The notes: generated by a model not told the origin, from the letters alone. 63,302 nucleotides of DNA, filler included, from Octopus bimaculoides (GCF_001194135.2; 5 parts of 5 records of this genome joined end to end with filler, not necessarily neighbours in it); one strand, 5' to 3'. Counted from the whole stretch's first letter, positions 1 to 12,430 are shown. A program made the numbers and translations.

Positions 1-85
1 AAAAAAGAAAAACATTTTCCAAAAATTCCGGTTCCCCACCCCTTTTTTGCGAACAAAAATAAGAGATTTGCGGCACATTAGACAT

Positions 86-375
86 CCGTAATGCATGCCA
101 TTTGAAAGGTATTTATATACAATTTCATTAAGAGATTTCCATTTTCCTCAAAGTTACGAGGGAAAAAATCGAATCTTGTGAATATTCCGAAAGTCCTCTT
201 CCCACCCCCTCGGAAAATATTTTCCCCACAAATTTCTTTATAACCGTAATGTATGTCGTTTGAAAAGTATTTATATGGAATTTTATTTAAAAAAAAAAAA
301 CAAACATTTTCTTAAAAGTTATGAGGGAAAAACTCGGATCTTGTGAATTTTCCGAAGTCCTCACCCCCACCCCGT
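86..375. repeat. Diverged tandem dimer, ~158-bp period
   Basis: CCGTAATG...TTTGAAA.GTATTTATAT...AAAGTTA.GAGGGAAAAA.TCG.ATCTTGTGAAT.TTCCGA...CCCACCC occurs starting at 86 and again at 244. Confidence 0.75.
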
Positions 376-750
376 TGTTTTACGCGCATTTTTGTTTTCA
401 TATTCGTTTCCTACACTTTTTTACACCCGTTGCACCATTTTTTCTTTTCATTTCCGGGTAATATTGTAAATGTTAACGAAGATGTTTAATGTTTCGTTAA
501 TCACGTAAATAAATAACATGTCGTCACCAGCGGTATACGAACTCACGACTAGAGTGGTTCGTGCTGAATACTTTATCCGTGTAGCCATAAAACTTGTGGT
601 GAAACTTATGGTCCTATGATGAAAGTCATTCTTGCTCAAAGTAATTAAAGATGACGATTATTTTCGCACGCAGACAAATTTGTATGTATGTGTGTGTGCG
701 TGTGTATGTACGTGTGCCATATGAATGTGTGTGGAAGTGGAGTGTGTGTG

Positions 751-791
<41 letters not shown>

Positions 792-870
792 CACATTTTT
801 TATTGTTCGGAATAAAGCAGAAGCAGTAGTAGCGACTATATCCTGAAAGAGGCGCAACTAAGTTTCAAGT

Positions 871-1153
871 GGGTGAGAAGGAGAAAAAGAAGAAAAAGAA
901 GGAGAAGAAGAAGAAGGAGGAGAAGAAGAAGAAGAAGAAGAAGAAGAAGAAGAAGAAGAAGAAGAAGAAGAAAAAGAAGAAGAAGAAGAAGAAGAAGAAG
1001 AAGACGAAGAAGAAGAAGAAGAAGAAGAAGAAGAAGAAGAAGAAGCAGAAGAAGAAGAAGAAAAAGAAGACGAGGAAGAAGAAGAAGAAGAAGAAGAAGA
1101 AGAAGAAGAAGAAGAAGAAGAAGAAGAAGAAGAAGATGATGATGATGATGATG
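871..1153 (+). repeat. (GAA)n tract followed by (GAT)n
   Basis: Direct reading; explains the poly-K/R/F ORFs in the track. Confidence 0.98.
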
Positions 1154-1403
1154 ATAATAACTATGATCATTAAGATCCTGATAACTGACAATGTCTCCCC
1201 GTGTTAGTAGTACACCAAGATATATTGTATCGTATACTATAAATTATAAGGAAAGAAAAATGATAGAAATCTCGTGTCAAGCCGAAAGAAGAGAACATTC
1301 TTGAACTCATGGCCTTATAGCAATTAAATATATTATTATTGTTGTATTTATTTTGGGAACTATTAAACACACTTAATTTGAAGACATACAATGTCGACCA
1401 CTT

Positions 1404-1618
1404 AAGGCGGCGAGCTGGCAGAAACGTTAGCACTCCGGGCGAAATTCTTAGCAGTATTTCGTCTGTCTTTACGTTCTGAGTTCAAATTCCGCCGAGTTCG
1501 ATTTGCCTTTCATCTTTCGGGGTCGATAAATTAAGTACCAGTTGCGTACTGGGGTCAAACTAATCGACTTGCCCCTTCTCCCAAAATTTCGGGCGTCGTG
1601 CATAGAGTTGAAAACAAT
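1404..1618 (+). mobile_element. SINE family A (tRNA-like head, Meta-domain-like core), with TSD
   Basis: Head AAGGCGGCGAGCTGGCAGAA with B-box-like GAGTTCAAATTCC; core TTTCATC.TTCGGGGTCGATAAATTAAGTACC shared with >12 copies in the window; 14-nt TSD AATGTCGACCACTT (1390-1403) / AATGTCAACCAGTT (1619-1632). The domain name is from recall, not a search. Confidence 0.85.
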
Positions 1619-1668
1619 AATGTCAACCAGTTAGTAGTCGATGTTAGTAGTTTGTGTTACTGACTGTG

Positions 1669-1982
1669 AAGGCGCGTGGCTTAGTTGTTGAGGGATTCGG
1701 CGCATGATCGAAAGGTCATTAGTTCGATTCCCGGCAATGTGCTGGGTTCTTGGGTAAGACACTTTATTTCACGTAGCTCCGATCCACTTAGCTACCAACA
1801 AGTAGCTGTATCCCAAAGCCCAGCTTTGTCATATTCTGTATCAGGTTGACTCTGCCCGAGAACAACGTTAAGGGTACGCGTGTCTGTGGAGTGCGCAGCT
1901 ACTTGCACGTTAACTTCATGAGCAGGCTGCTCCGTTGAGCGGATCAACTGGCACCCTCGTCGTCGAAACCGATGGAATGCCA
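1669..1982 (+). mobile_element. SINE family E (tRNA-derived head)
   Basis: A box TGGCTTAGTTG 1677-1687, B box GTTCGATTCC 1722-1731; 3' half homologous to 61300-61465; possible TSD GTGTTACTGA (1654-1663 / 1983-1992). Confidence 0.75.
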
Positions 1983-3571
1983 GTGTTACTGAAGATATTG
2001 GAATAGAAATGAGAAAGAAAATGGAGATGGGAAGAATGCAAAAGTTAAATTGCTTTAATATAAAAGAGAAGCTTTGTTTTCATTTGCAACTTGAGTTTAG
2101 AGAAAAAAAGTTGTATCCATAACGTTTGTAAGCTCCTCTGAGATTGATGGGCTTCATGTCATTGATGATCGGTTTGAACTGTGCCACAGGAAAGACGTGA
2201 GCTGAATGAAGATTCTAGAGGCCACTGTTCTGACGGGAATAATGCAGTGACGTGAGGTGGAGTAAAGCTGGGTGGGATGGACATTTGAGTGATAGAGATT
2301 GATATCATTTATCCCCGTGGAACTGAGGTTATTGTGGTAGTGATACAAAAGCAAAAAAGTGTACAACTGTGGGCCAGAAACTGGAGGGTGTCGGTTAGTG
2401 ATTGAATGGGTTTTGGGATAAAGAGCTGGATATCGGTGTGCATAACAGTAGCACCTTATTTATGAGCAGTACCCCATTGTAACCCCTAGGTTGAATCATG
2501 TAGAATTTCGTCAGATCTCTGTTTGTTTCTGAAGAGGAGTAGCCCAAATTAAACTGTGACAGCCCCAACTTCTTTCATATTCAGCGTCGCATTTTGCAAT
2601 GCGTCCATTCTTGTTGATGTGATAACAAAGTACTCCAATTTTTGTGTCATCTCACAAGCCATCGTAGCCCCATGGTTGGGTGGAAATTTACGATCTAATG
2701 TAACATGCAAGCCTGTTGCAAGTTGCACACGTCAGCACTCGATTACATCGTCTGATACTTTAAGTAAATTTTATCTCAGATGGGATTTTAACACAGAATA
2801 TGAAGTACTAGAACAAATACGACAAAGCGTTTCTCCGGCGCTTGCCAAGTAACCATCCGTTATTTTAGTGCGCATATATTGAGATGATATACCATATACA
2901 AAAGTGTAAATATAATATAGCTACGATGTACACAGGGAACATGTCGGTATACAATTTATAATTATCGGATTGAAAACTCGGGAAGAAAGTTTGTGTAAAA
3001 TGTTTAAGGAAGTGTTGGTGTGTAAATACAATATGACGGCAATTGGAGGAGGGACGTTGGATGCTTTTGATAAATTTGAGCAGGTAGATATCAACCGTGG
3101 AGAATCAGCGGCGTTTTATGTTTGAATAGGAATGTACCTTCAAAATAACAATAAATCATATTCGATATTTTACATCTAGTACCTATCAGTATATTCATGC
3201 GAAAGTACGTATGTACTTAACGAAATGAAAAATACTAAAAGTCAGAGAGAGAGAGAGAGAAAAAGGGAGAGATAAGGAGGAGGAAAGAGCGAGAGCAAAC
3301 AATCATTGTAATAATTCATTCTGGTATGTAATTACAAATGGTTAGCCGTTGAAACATTATAAGCAAGAATATTTGCTTATAATATTTCACAATGCATAAT
3401 AAATTCAACATTACAGATACACGTACTAATACAATTTACATATATATATACAAACTTGTATGTATATATATATATAAATGCAAAAAAGGATAAAAATCTT
3501 TTACAAGAATTTTATCAGGAAGCGAGTGTGTAAAAAAATTCATAAGGGAAATTTCTATTCCCAAGAATATA

Positions 3572-3662
3572 ATTATTCGTTTATATTTATATTAAGGGGC
3601 ATTACTACAGTGTGTGGCATTATTCTGTAGTAATGCCCCTTATATAAATATAAACGAATAAT
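3572..3662. repeat. Near-perfect inverted repeat (39/38-nt arms, 14-nt loop)
   Basis: ATTATTCGTTTATATTTATATTAAGGGGCATTACTACAG (3572-3610) vs CTGTAGTAATGCCCCTTATATAAATATAAACGAATAAT (3625-3662); only a 1-nt indel. Confidence 0.95.
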
Positions 3663-3833
3663 GTATGTATGTATATATATATATAAATGCAAAAAAGGAT
3701 AAAAATCTTTTACNNNNNNNNNNNNNNNNNNNNNNNNNNNNNNNNNNNNNNNNNNNNNNNNNNNNNNNNNNNNNNNNNNNNNNNNNNNNNNNNNNNNNNN
3801 NNNNNNNNNNNNNNNNNNNNNNNNNNNNNNNNN

Positions 3834-3885
<52 letters not shown>

Positions 3886-3894
3886 TGTATATAC

Positions 3895-4092
3895 TTTATT
3901 TGTGGGTTAATGAGGCACCCAATCGTTTCATGTGGAGAGATCTTCAAGTTGTTCAAGCGAGCTACATGGAAGTGGGAGGTTGGTAGTCATCTAAAATGGA
4001 GACAAATGCCAACCTCCTATGTGGCTCACTTAAACAATTGTGAAGAGCTCTTCGCATGAAACGATTAGGTACCTTGTCAACCCACAAATAAA
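3895..4092. mobile_element. MITE-like ~200-bp foldback element
   Basis: ~85-nt arms (3895-3983, 4009-4092) beginning TTTATTTGTGGGTT and ending AACCCACAAATAAA; the mismatches are almost all transitions. Confidence 0.7.
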
Positions 4093-4097
4093 TATAT

Positions 4098-5820
4098 TCA
4101 TCCACCAATATGGTATTGAGCACTCATTCTCACCTCGGAGCAGAGACAGCATCTCCTGTAAATTATATTGTATGGTTTTGTATACCTTATTATGGACCAA
4201 TTAATGCTGTACTTCGTTTTATCCTCCTTCAGTAGCCATACAAAATCTGCCAAAGATGTTGAATGTCTTCTTGATTGTCTTAAAGCTGGCAACTGGGTTA
4301 CGATAACGATTCTTAAATGAAGCAGCCGTCTGCCCAATGTAAACACAGGGCCCTGCCCTTCTGTGCACGGTACATTTATATACAAGATTTCTACTCATAA
4401 AGAGATTCATCAAAGGACATTTTGATTTATCTCTGCATGAGTATTTATCGTATTTATTTGTACATAAGGCAGTCCTGACTCAATTAACAGGCGTTGTTAC
4501 CATGTTTCCTGTATTATGAGTATTTCTACTACTACTACAAATTGGTCGTAGTTGATGCTTATCAATGCGGTTTACACCTCCTTGGTTGGTATTTAGATGC
4601 AAATGTTCGCTAGATCCAGTAGGTGAGTTATTAAACCTTTGCAGCATTTTGTTATTGTTTATGTGGTGCATAACCTGCTCTAAATTAGCAGAGTTGGCGT
4701 AGGATATCTTCACGGTGTGTCGATTAAAAATGGCAGGACACCGATTAGATTTAGGAAAACACTTGTCCAAAGCAGCAAAACATTTTCCAGCGATCTTGGT
4801 TGAAACATGCAAACCGAAAATTGTGTTGGACCAGAGGACATCCTGATTCCTATATCTGTTGTTAGGTTTATTTGATCGAATGTGTTGTACAGAATTGGAA
4901 CAAGCAGTTGAATTATTATATCGCGTGTGTCTATGAGTTTTCGTTGGTAGTTCATTGGTATGACCAATTCTTTCTAGCCTGTATTCTTTATCCGAGTGAG
5001 TTCTCAAACGGTAACGTTTGAGGTGGTATACGATGTGCATCGCAGTTGTAGGAATTACCAGTGTTGTTTATGCCTGCTTCTTGTTGAATTTTTTCACGGT
5101 ACCCAGCCCTAGCTAGAGCCTCATTATAATAAGATGCATGAGGTTCGAAAATTTTATTGCAAGCAGATAATCTAGGGATTCTGGTAGAAATATTCTTAGC
5201 TGGTCCCCGTATAATCGAGGGTGGATGGTTGGATGCTACGTTAATGTACTTAATATGATCATTTGGCTTATGAAATGGTTCAAATAATCCAGTATCAAGA
5301 CAGAAGGTAGCGTCAAGAAAATTCACTCTACGATAATTTTTACCTATAGTAATGTTTAGTCCTAAATTTTGATAAGTCTAAATAAATTTTTCCTTTGCCT
5401 TTCTAACTGTACTCTCTAGAAAAAATAAGGCGTCATCCCTATTTAGACCCCCTGTTACTTCCGGAAAGGAAGACTGGATTAATGAAGGGATATATACTCC
5501 AGCTAAGTTTCTGGCTTGAGCAGAGTTATGTGAGCCCATTGCTATATCAAATGCATTTTCTCTATCTAATCTACTCCATAATCTACCAACAACATCTACT
5601 AGTATGGCTCGCGCGGCAAGTATATCTATTTCGCGTCGCAACAAATCGGAATTTATCGTGCTAAAAATCAGGGCTTGATTAAGAACGATCGGGTTGATGG
5701 TGGCATAGTAGCTCTCTATATCTAGTTGCAAGAATTTACTAGTTTTACTAATTTCTAGAAGCTTGAACCATCCAACTACCTCTTGCGTATCAGACCAGAG
5801 GGCTAATCTAATTTTAGACT
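4098..5820 (-). mobile_element. Penelope-like element 1 (RT + C-terminal GIY-YIG), decayed and 5'-truncated
   Basis: Frameshifted ORFs give LDIESYY, FDIAMGS, GGLNRDDAL (RT motifs), NFLD, SNHPP, IFNRHTVKISY, YSCRDKSKCPL, NLVYKCTV..VYIGQT..FKNRY (GIY-YIG) and RRCCLCSE. Confidence 0.9.
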
Positions 5821-5822
5821 TA

Positions 5823-5875
<53 letters not shown>

Positions 5876-5880
5876 CCCCC

Positions 5881-5915
<35 letters not shown>
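5823..5915. repeat. Compound microsatellite (TCTG)n(CT)n(TA)n at the PLE1 5' end
   Basis: Direct reading. Confidence 0.95.
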
Positions 5916-5916
<1 letters not shown>

Positions 5917-6279
5917 TGCACTCTCTCTCTCACTCTCTCTCCGTTTTCCTATTTATTTATTTTGCTTACCGTAGCACTCAGATTTTCAGGTTGAACAAGT
6001 CATATCACTCTGGAAAGGCATGCAACGGTCATGACCCACTCCTGTCTCACTAATACATACAAAATATACGTTGACATCTACTGACGTACATTAATATACA
6101 CTTACCTCTTTTGTACACCAAAAGCACTGTGGTGACGCTGTAATGCATTTCCTACATGATTCTTGATGCTCGCAAATATGCTTAAAATCAGCGGTATCAC
6201 CTGCAATATTTAACAACAAAATATATTTATATATCACTATGTGAATTTTCGTGATGTTTTCATTTGTATGGGAAGTCGA

Positions 6280-6662
6280 CGGTCACCCTGAACGAGGTTT
6301 GTCTTCAAGCGGCAAGTGACCAATCCTAAAGCGTAAAAATCACTCATAAATTTGTGTTTTGCTCACGGCAGCGTCCTTGTAAGCTGTTTGAAGCATGACA
6401 ACTGTTTCGGTGACCGTTTTCCCCTGCAGAAAATAGAATTTTACGGAAGCACGCTGTCCCTTAGTTTAAGCCATCGCAAAAATCGACGAACAAGGAAGAA
6501 GCACTTCAAAAGAAAGATGCCCCATGTGGCAGTACGTCCCAAGGACACGACACCGGTCGGTAGACTGATGGCTGAGGATCGCATCATGTGGTTTCTAGCG
6601 GCGGAAGCCTGAACTACAATGGGCTTGTTCCACAGAGAACGTTTCCGATTACTCCTCGTATA
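6280..6662 (-). mobile_element. Mariner 5' fragment (same family as 50369-51307)
   Basis: Near-colinear with 50930-51310 (e.g. GCTGTTTGAAGCATGACAACTGTTT, CATGTGGCAGTACG); ends in a TIR remnant CTCCTCGTATA. Confidence 0.8.
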
Positions 6663-6681
6663 TAAATATACATCAGCGTGT

Positions 6682-6713
<32 letters not shown>

Positions 6714-7057
6714 CGTTTATAACATATACCTACATCACTCAATGTTTGACAGACGTTAATTAAGCTTTGTCATTTAGATGCTCCGGTGCTATGTGGCGAC
6801 GAAGTGAAGATGACCTGTTTGATCCATCTATGAAGGGCTGCCATTTTCTTTTTAAGTGGCAGATCTCTCTGGGTTATTCACTCTAGATACCCTTAATTTG
6901 TTCGTATATGCTTTCAGCACAAGTTTGTAAAAATATGAAACAACATTCCAGCAAAGGTTAGATGCAACATAAGGGTGAAAAGTTACGTCTACATATGTTA
7001 GTTTAATTTGCAAATCTTATGAATAGAAAGTCCAACATTTGAAAATAGTCTCAGTAG

Positions 7058-7288
7058 TTATTGATTTCAAATTTTGGCACAAGGCCAGCAATTTCGGAAG
7101 TAGTGTAAGTCGATTACAACGACTCCAGTGTTCAACCGGTACTTATTTTATCCACCTCGATTGTATGAAAGGCAAAGTCGACATTTGAGCAAATGCCTGC
7201 GGCATTTGAACTCAGAACGTGAAGTCAGAAGAAATGTCGTTAAGCCTTTTTCCCGGTGCAGTAACGATTCTGTTAGCTCAACACCTTA
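7058..7288 (-). mobile_element. SINE family A
   Basis: Reverse complement of the family A head, core and tail. Confidence 0.8.
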
Positions 7289-8019
7289 GGCACTATAATT
7301 ATTTGAAAGAGAAACTGGAAAACGTTTTTACATCAGTGTTTTATTTTATGAAGTGAAAATCATGAACGAGTGAATGCAGTAAACGATTTCATTGACAGTA
7401 TAAACGCTCGCTTCTAGTTTTCTATCGAGTACAGCGAAGTAGACTTTTTTCTCGGATAGATAAGTGATTAAAAGGGACTAGAAATCAAAAACTACAACTA
7501 ATATACATTCTTAATTTACAGGCTTATGAAAATAGCATTTTTATATTGTCTTTCGAAGCATACCCAAGTTAACATTCCATACAGCGAAGAGACTGTGCAC
7601 AATAATTTTGAATCCGTCAACACTCAATTATAGACGAGATGAAATAAAGGAAATACCAAAAGAAAATACTCTTTGGATTAAATCAATAACCACATTAAAA
7701 CACCGAATTAAACTGCCATTGGGAAACTTCATAAAAGAGAATGCAATTGTGAAGAGAATATATTAGCGTTTCTCTGTATTTTTAATCCAAAGAATATCGA
7801 AGTCTTTGTAAGCGTTCATAGAAACCTACTTAAAAGTCGTGAAAAGTTTCATCCAATCGTTAAAAGACAAATGCAAACTAGATACAACCTGACTATGTAG
7901 TATTACGCATTAATAGAGTATTTATTTATTAATTAGTAAATTCTGAATTTGATTTCAAGTAAGGATTTAATCTAAAAATGAAAAATGACTTTTCATGTTA
8001 CTTCAACAATTTAATCTTT

Positions 8020-8160
8020 TATCTCTTATCTCTTACATGTTCCAATCATTGGACTGCAGCCATGCTGGGGCACCACATTGAAGGGTTTTAGTCGAACAAG
8101 CCAGCCTTAGTATTTATGTTCCGTGGATTTATTTTGTAAGTTTTGTACTTATTCTATTGA
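8020..8160 (-). mobile_element. SINE family B, 3' fragment
   Basis: GGACTGCAGCCATGCTGGGGCACC matches the family B 3' end (cf. 26030-26060). Confidence 0.65.
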
Positions 8161-8438
8161 TAAAGGACTGAATAAAAAGAACACAACAAACGGAAAAATT
8201 TAACAAAAACATAACAAACGGAACATTAGACAAAACCAAAGGACACGGAAATTTCGCAGTTGATTCTTCATCAGTCAGTATCCAATACATTCTAATGGTT
8301 TCGCTCTTTTAACATTGATAAGGAGGGAGAGGGAGAGAGAGAGAGAAGATAGATACGTACGTACATACATACGTATATATATATATATATATATATATAA
8401 ATATACATACATATATAAACACATTCATACACATAAGC

Positions 8439-8474
<36 letters not shown>

Positions 8475-8599
8475 TTATTTATACTTTGAGCATTTACACA
8501 CATACATGTGTAAATATTCAATGTATATTACTACCAGCATAGAAAACATTCCAAAGGAAATGTTGAAGTGTTAACAACGAATTTCTGTTAGATAAATAA

Positions 8600-10280
8600 A
8601 TATACATAAATACATATTCCAAGATGGCAGAAAAAGACATGCAAATATTGAAATTATATGAATTTGTTATTAAAAGGATTGTGCCATGATTCCAAGTTAA
8701 TAAAATTCCTTTAGGCTGTGGAGAATACTGACTTTAAGAAAATTGTTTTTAAAGGTTATGAGAATATGGAAAATAAATTTGAGCTGTTCTGAAAAAGTTA
8801 AAAGTTATAGATCAACGAAGGATCTCTCAGGGTGATTGCTTATCTTCTTCGCTTTTTGCAATGTATATTATACTTTTAGGAGTTCAACAAAGGATGTTAA
8901 GAAATTAAAGACCAGCATCGTAAAGTAAATAGCTTACCTTTAAGGGATAAATTGAAACTGTTCATAAAGAATGAACATCAAATGGATGTTTTAGTAGAAA
9001 CACGACTTGGCTTTAGAGAAAATATTAAAATAGGGGGTGGGATTTAATAATGTAAAGTTTTAATAATAAATATAAGATGAAAGCAGGTGGAATATAACGG
9101 ATAGATTTACGAGGTAAAAATAATAATAAACAGGGCAGATACAGAAGTTTATAAATGCTTAACTGATCTAAATGAGATAAGCGAAACTTAATATGTCGGA
9201 ATATTTGGTATAGGATTCCTTCAGAAAGTTAACGCCGGTGCTTACTTGCTATTAACGTATGATCCTTATGTATTGTAAGGTATAGGATAGACATGGGGAA
9301 ATGGAATAAAGAGAGGTTCAGTTTACGTAATAACACTCGAAAAGCAATGGTGATATATTAAATATATCACTGTTCAAGTCCGAAAACGATATTAAAATCT
9401 ACATAGCTCTTAAAATAAGAAGAAACAGAATTAATTATACGTGAAGGATATATAGAAAGAAAAAAGAAAAAAAGGGTTACCCTGGTATATACGTAATGCT
9501 ATATAGAACCACTGTTAGAAAAGATTCGGAAAGCTATAATAGTTAAAGCTTACGAATTTATGGTATCCTGTTAATTCAAGAGGAGAGATCTTTAAAAATC
9601 AGAATACACTTAGCAAGCAAACATGTGTGAACAGTTCGATAGGGCAGCGGAAGAATGTGTAGAGATGAATAAGAAACCTAGACATAAATCCTGAGAATAT
9701 AGCAATGTTCTGCAGAGCAGAGAACAGGCTCTAAGAACACTTCAAATCACATGAAATTTCATTAACACGAAACTCTTAGACATGTATGTAGAATGGTTAG
9801 CAAAGAATGGAGAAAGTTAACTGTTTTTGTTTTTGCTGCTTTTGGTGCTTTTGTTTTGTTGCTGCTTAGCTTTCAAATCGCGAATAAGCGGGCCAACCTA
9901 TGATCAAAACCATTCCAGCCGTGATCATCCTTTTCTCTGTACACCCAGGACTGTATTATCCAAAAATACAAAAATACGGTAAAAACGCTAAGCTATTATT
10001 TAAAGGAAATTCAGCACATATTTCTAGTAAATCGTGTTTCCACATAATGGCTCCCTGGTTGACTTAGTGAAAGGAGATTTGCTAAGGGAAAGTTGTAAAT
10101 TATTTCAGAAGGAATATAAGAAAATGAATAAGGTATTGTCAACTTGGAATTCAATGGAAAGCATGGGCCAGAAAGGAAAGACAGGTAGGAACAGCAGCAG
10201 GCTACTATGGTACAACATAAAGGCATACAATCCTACGTTATCCAATGCTACGTTAAGACGAAGAGTAAGAGATTTAATGT
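8600..10280 (+). mobile_element. Possible highly decayed LINE remnant
   Basis: Purine-rich strand bias and a VLVETRLGFRE fragment (~8986-9020) reminiscent of the RT Q.GFR motif; no intact motif. Confidence 0.25.
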
Positions 10281-10293
10281 TTTCTTAATATTT

Positions 10294-11563
10294 CAGGTCA
10301 TCCCATAAGTAATGTTCGAAATATCATATATGTTATTTCTATCAAATTATACAGTATTCTAAAATGTGATATTGATTGATACTCAAACGAATTTGGAAAC
10401 ATTTAACTTAATATGATTTCTTTAAACAGAATGATTTGACTAAATTAATTACTAATATTAAGCCCTCAAAGATGGATATATCGAAGGAGTATTTAGGACA
10501 CTTAATGCTTCATGAGTTCAAAAAGGGAAGCAGTGCAGCAGAAGCAACCGGTAATATCCATTTTGTTTATGGGGGAAGAGTGCTTGAACGGAAGAAGTTG
10601 CAGAAGATAGTTTGTAAAGATCAAACATGGTGATTTCAGCCTAAGAGAGAGGCCACGAATAGAACGCCCTGTTTGAATTTGATGATGAGCTTCTTTTGTC
10701 AGAGCCTGAGAAGGATAATGCTGTGTAAGCTGAAGAATTGGTAACCACGCTCAATTCAAGACATTCAATTGTTCACCGTCATCTTCAACACCTTGGAAAG
10801 GCACCCAAACACGGATATTGGGTTCCCTAGGATTTGACATAAGCCAACCGAAAATCACGAATGGATATCTGCTCATCTCTTTACTCTCGTGAACGTATCT
10901 CATGATTTTTGGACAGATTAGTAACTGGTGAAGAAAAAATATATTTTATGAAAATGCTAAGTGATGCAGGCAATGGCTTAGTTGTGGAGAACAGGCTAAA
11001 CGACAATCCAAAAAGGCTTCCATGCAAAAAAGGCTTTTCTCACTGATTGATGGTATTGCATTGGAGTCATCCACTTTGAGTTGCTACCAACTAATGGAAC
11101 AATTACTGGTTACACCTGTTACTAACAATTAGAGCGTTTGGACACTGCTTTGAAGATGAATGGCCTGCCTCGGCGAATCGTGTGGGAGTGGCGTTTCATT
11201 ATAATGCAAGGTGCTACACTGCAAAGATTACATTAGAAAAAAATCGAAGAACTTGGCTGGGAAATAATCCGTCCCCGACCTTATTATCCGGACCGCGCTC
11301 CTTCTCATTACCATTTGTTTAGAAGCTTACTGAATCATTTAGATGGATTAGTACTCTGAGGCCCCAAAGAGGTCGAAACTGACCCCTTTTCTTTCTTCTC
11401 ATCAAAACCAAATTTGCGAATTGAATTTTAAAAAACTGATGAGTGGAAGGAAGGAAGTCATAGATAATGATGAGAATTATATACAGAATTAAATTTTGGT
11501 AAAATGTAAAATTAGATCACTCTTTCCGTACTCAAAATTCGGACATTACTTATGTATGGCCTG
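10294..11563 (+). mobile_element. Full-length decayed mariner transposon (~1.27 kb)
   Basis: 26-nt TIRs CAGGTCATCCCATAAGTAATGTTCGAA / TTCGGACATTACTTATGTATGGCCTG; broken transposase MDISKEYLGHLMLHEFKKG (from 10472), YWVP*DL, FLDRLVTGEEK, PYYPDRAPSHYHLFRSL. Confidence 0.92.
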
Positions 11564-11747
11564 ATATAAGAAACTGTGAAACTGGTCTTAATAGAGTGTG
11601 GATCAATGAGTGAGAAATATGAAGAAGTTTCAGGACTTCAAGTGAGAGACTGAAAATATTACTAATAATGCTGAATATTACTAATGATACCAATTGACGA
11701 AAATTTTTAATTTAAAGCAAATCATTTACAAGAAACAATTCAACGTA

Positions 11748-12070
11748 GTTGTATGGTAAGAAGCTTGCTTCCCAACCACATGGTTTCGGGTTCAGTCAAA
11801 CTGCGTGGCGCTTTGGGCAAGTGTCTTCTCCTGTAGCCTCGGTCCGACCAAAGACTTGTGAGTGGATTTGGTTGACGAAAGCTGAAAGAAGCTCGTTGTA
11901 TATGCGTGTTTGTGTGTCTGTCTGTTTTCCTCCACCAACGCTTGATAACCGGTGTTGGTGTGTTTACCTCCCTGTTACTTAGCAGGTCTGGAAAACAGCT
12001 CGATAGAATAAGTACAAGGTTTTAAGAAAATAAGTCCTGGGGTCGATTTGTTCGATAAAAACCCTTTAAA
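11748..12070 (+). mobile_element. SINE family B (tRNA-like head, CORE-like TTGGGCAAGT, internal microsatellite)
   Basis: Colinear with the 55899-56331 and 25990-26405 copies. Confidence 0.85.
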
Positions 12071-12278
12071 AAAACATAGTTGCCCAACTCATTCAGGAAA
12101 AACAGCAACCCTAATTGAATTGCCCGATATCAAAATTTAAAAGAAGTAGGTTGTTGTTTGTGGCGGATTCTATGGCACTTCTCGACTTGTAATAAACAAA
12201 CTTGCACCCATTAAATATCACCGACTAAATAATGGGCTGGACTTCAGAAATGAATAAATGTACATGAGAAATGTTCCT

Positions 12279-12430
12279 GAGTTCAAATTCCGCCGAAGTC
12301 GAGTTTGCCTATCATCCTTTCGGGGTCGATGACATTAGTACCGTTTCAGCACTGGGATCGATGTAATCAACTTACACCTCAGCAACACCACGGCATTTCT
12401 CGCTTTATGCCAAAATTTAAAACCAATATT
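12279..12430 (+). mobile_element. SINE family A, 5'-truncated
   Basis: GAGTTCAAATTCCGCCGAAGTCGAG...CATCCTTTCGGGGTCGAT. Confidence 0.8.

Noticed and set aside
1669-1740. tRNA gene calls for SINE heads (also families A and B)
   Set aside because: A/B boxes are present but continue into multi-copy SINE bodies; no complete cloverleaf
2110-2560. Possible decayed GIY-YIG/PLE 3' end on minus with an HHR-like ATGAAG...AAAC
   Set aside because: No intact motif; similarity too weak to call by eye
4098-4480. Selenocysteine (TGA at Cys positions) in the PLE endonucleases, also 57712-58130
   Set aside because: The Cys positions I could read are TGT/TGC; the EN is C-terminal, unlike Sec-encoding Naiads
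8235-8295. Hammerhead-like CTGATGAAG...CGAAAT on minus
   Set aside because: No 10.1-11.1 pair and no compatible stem I or cleavage triplet
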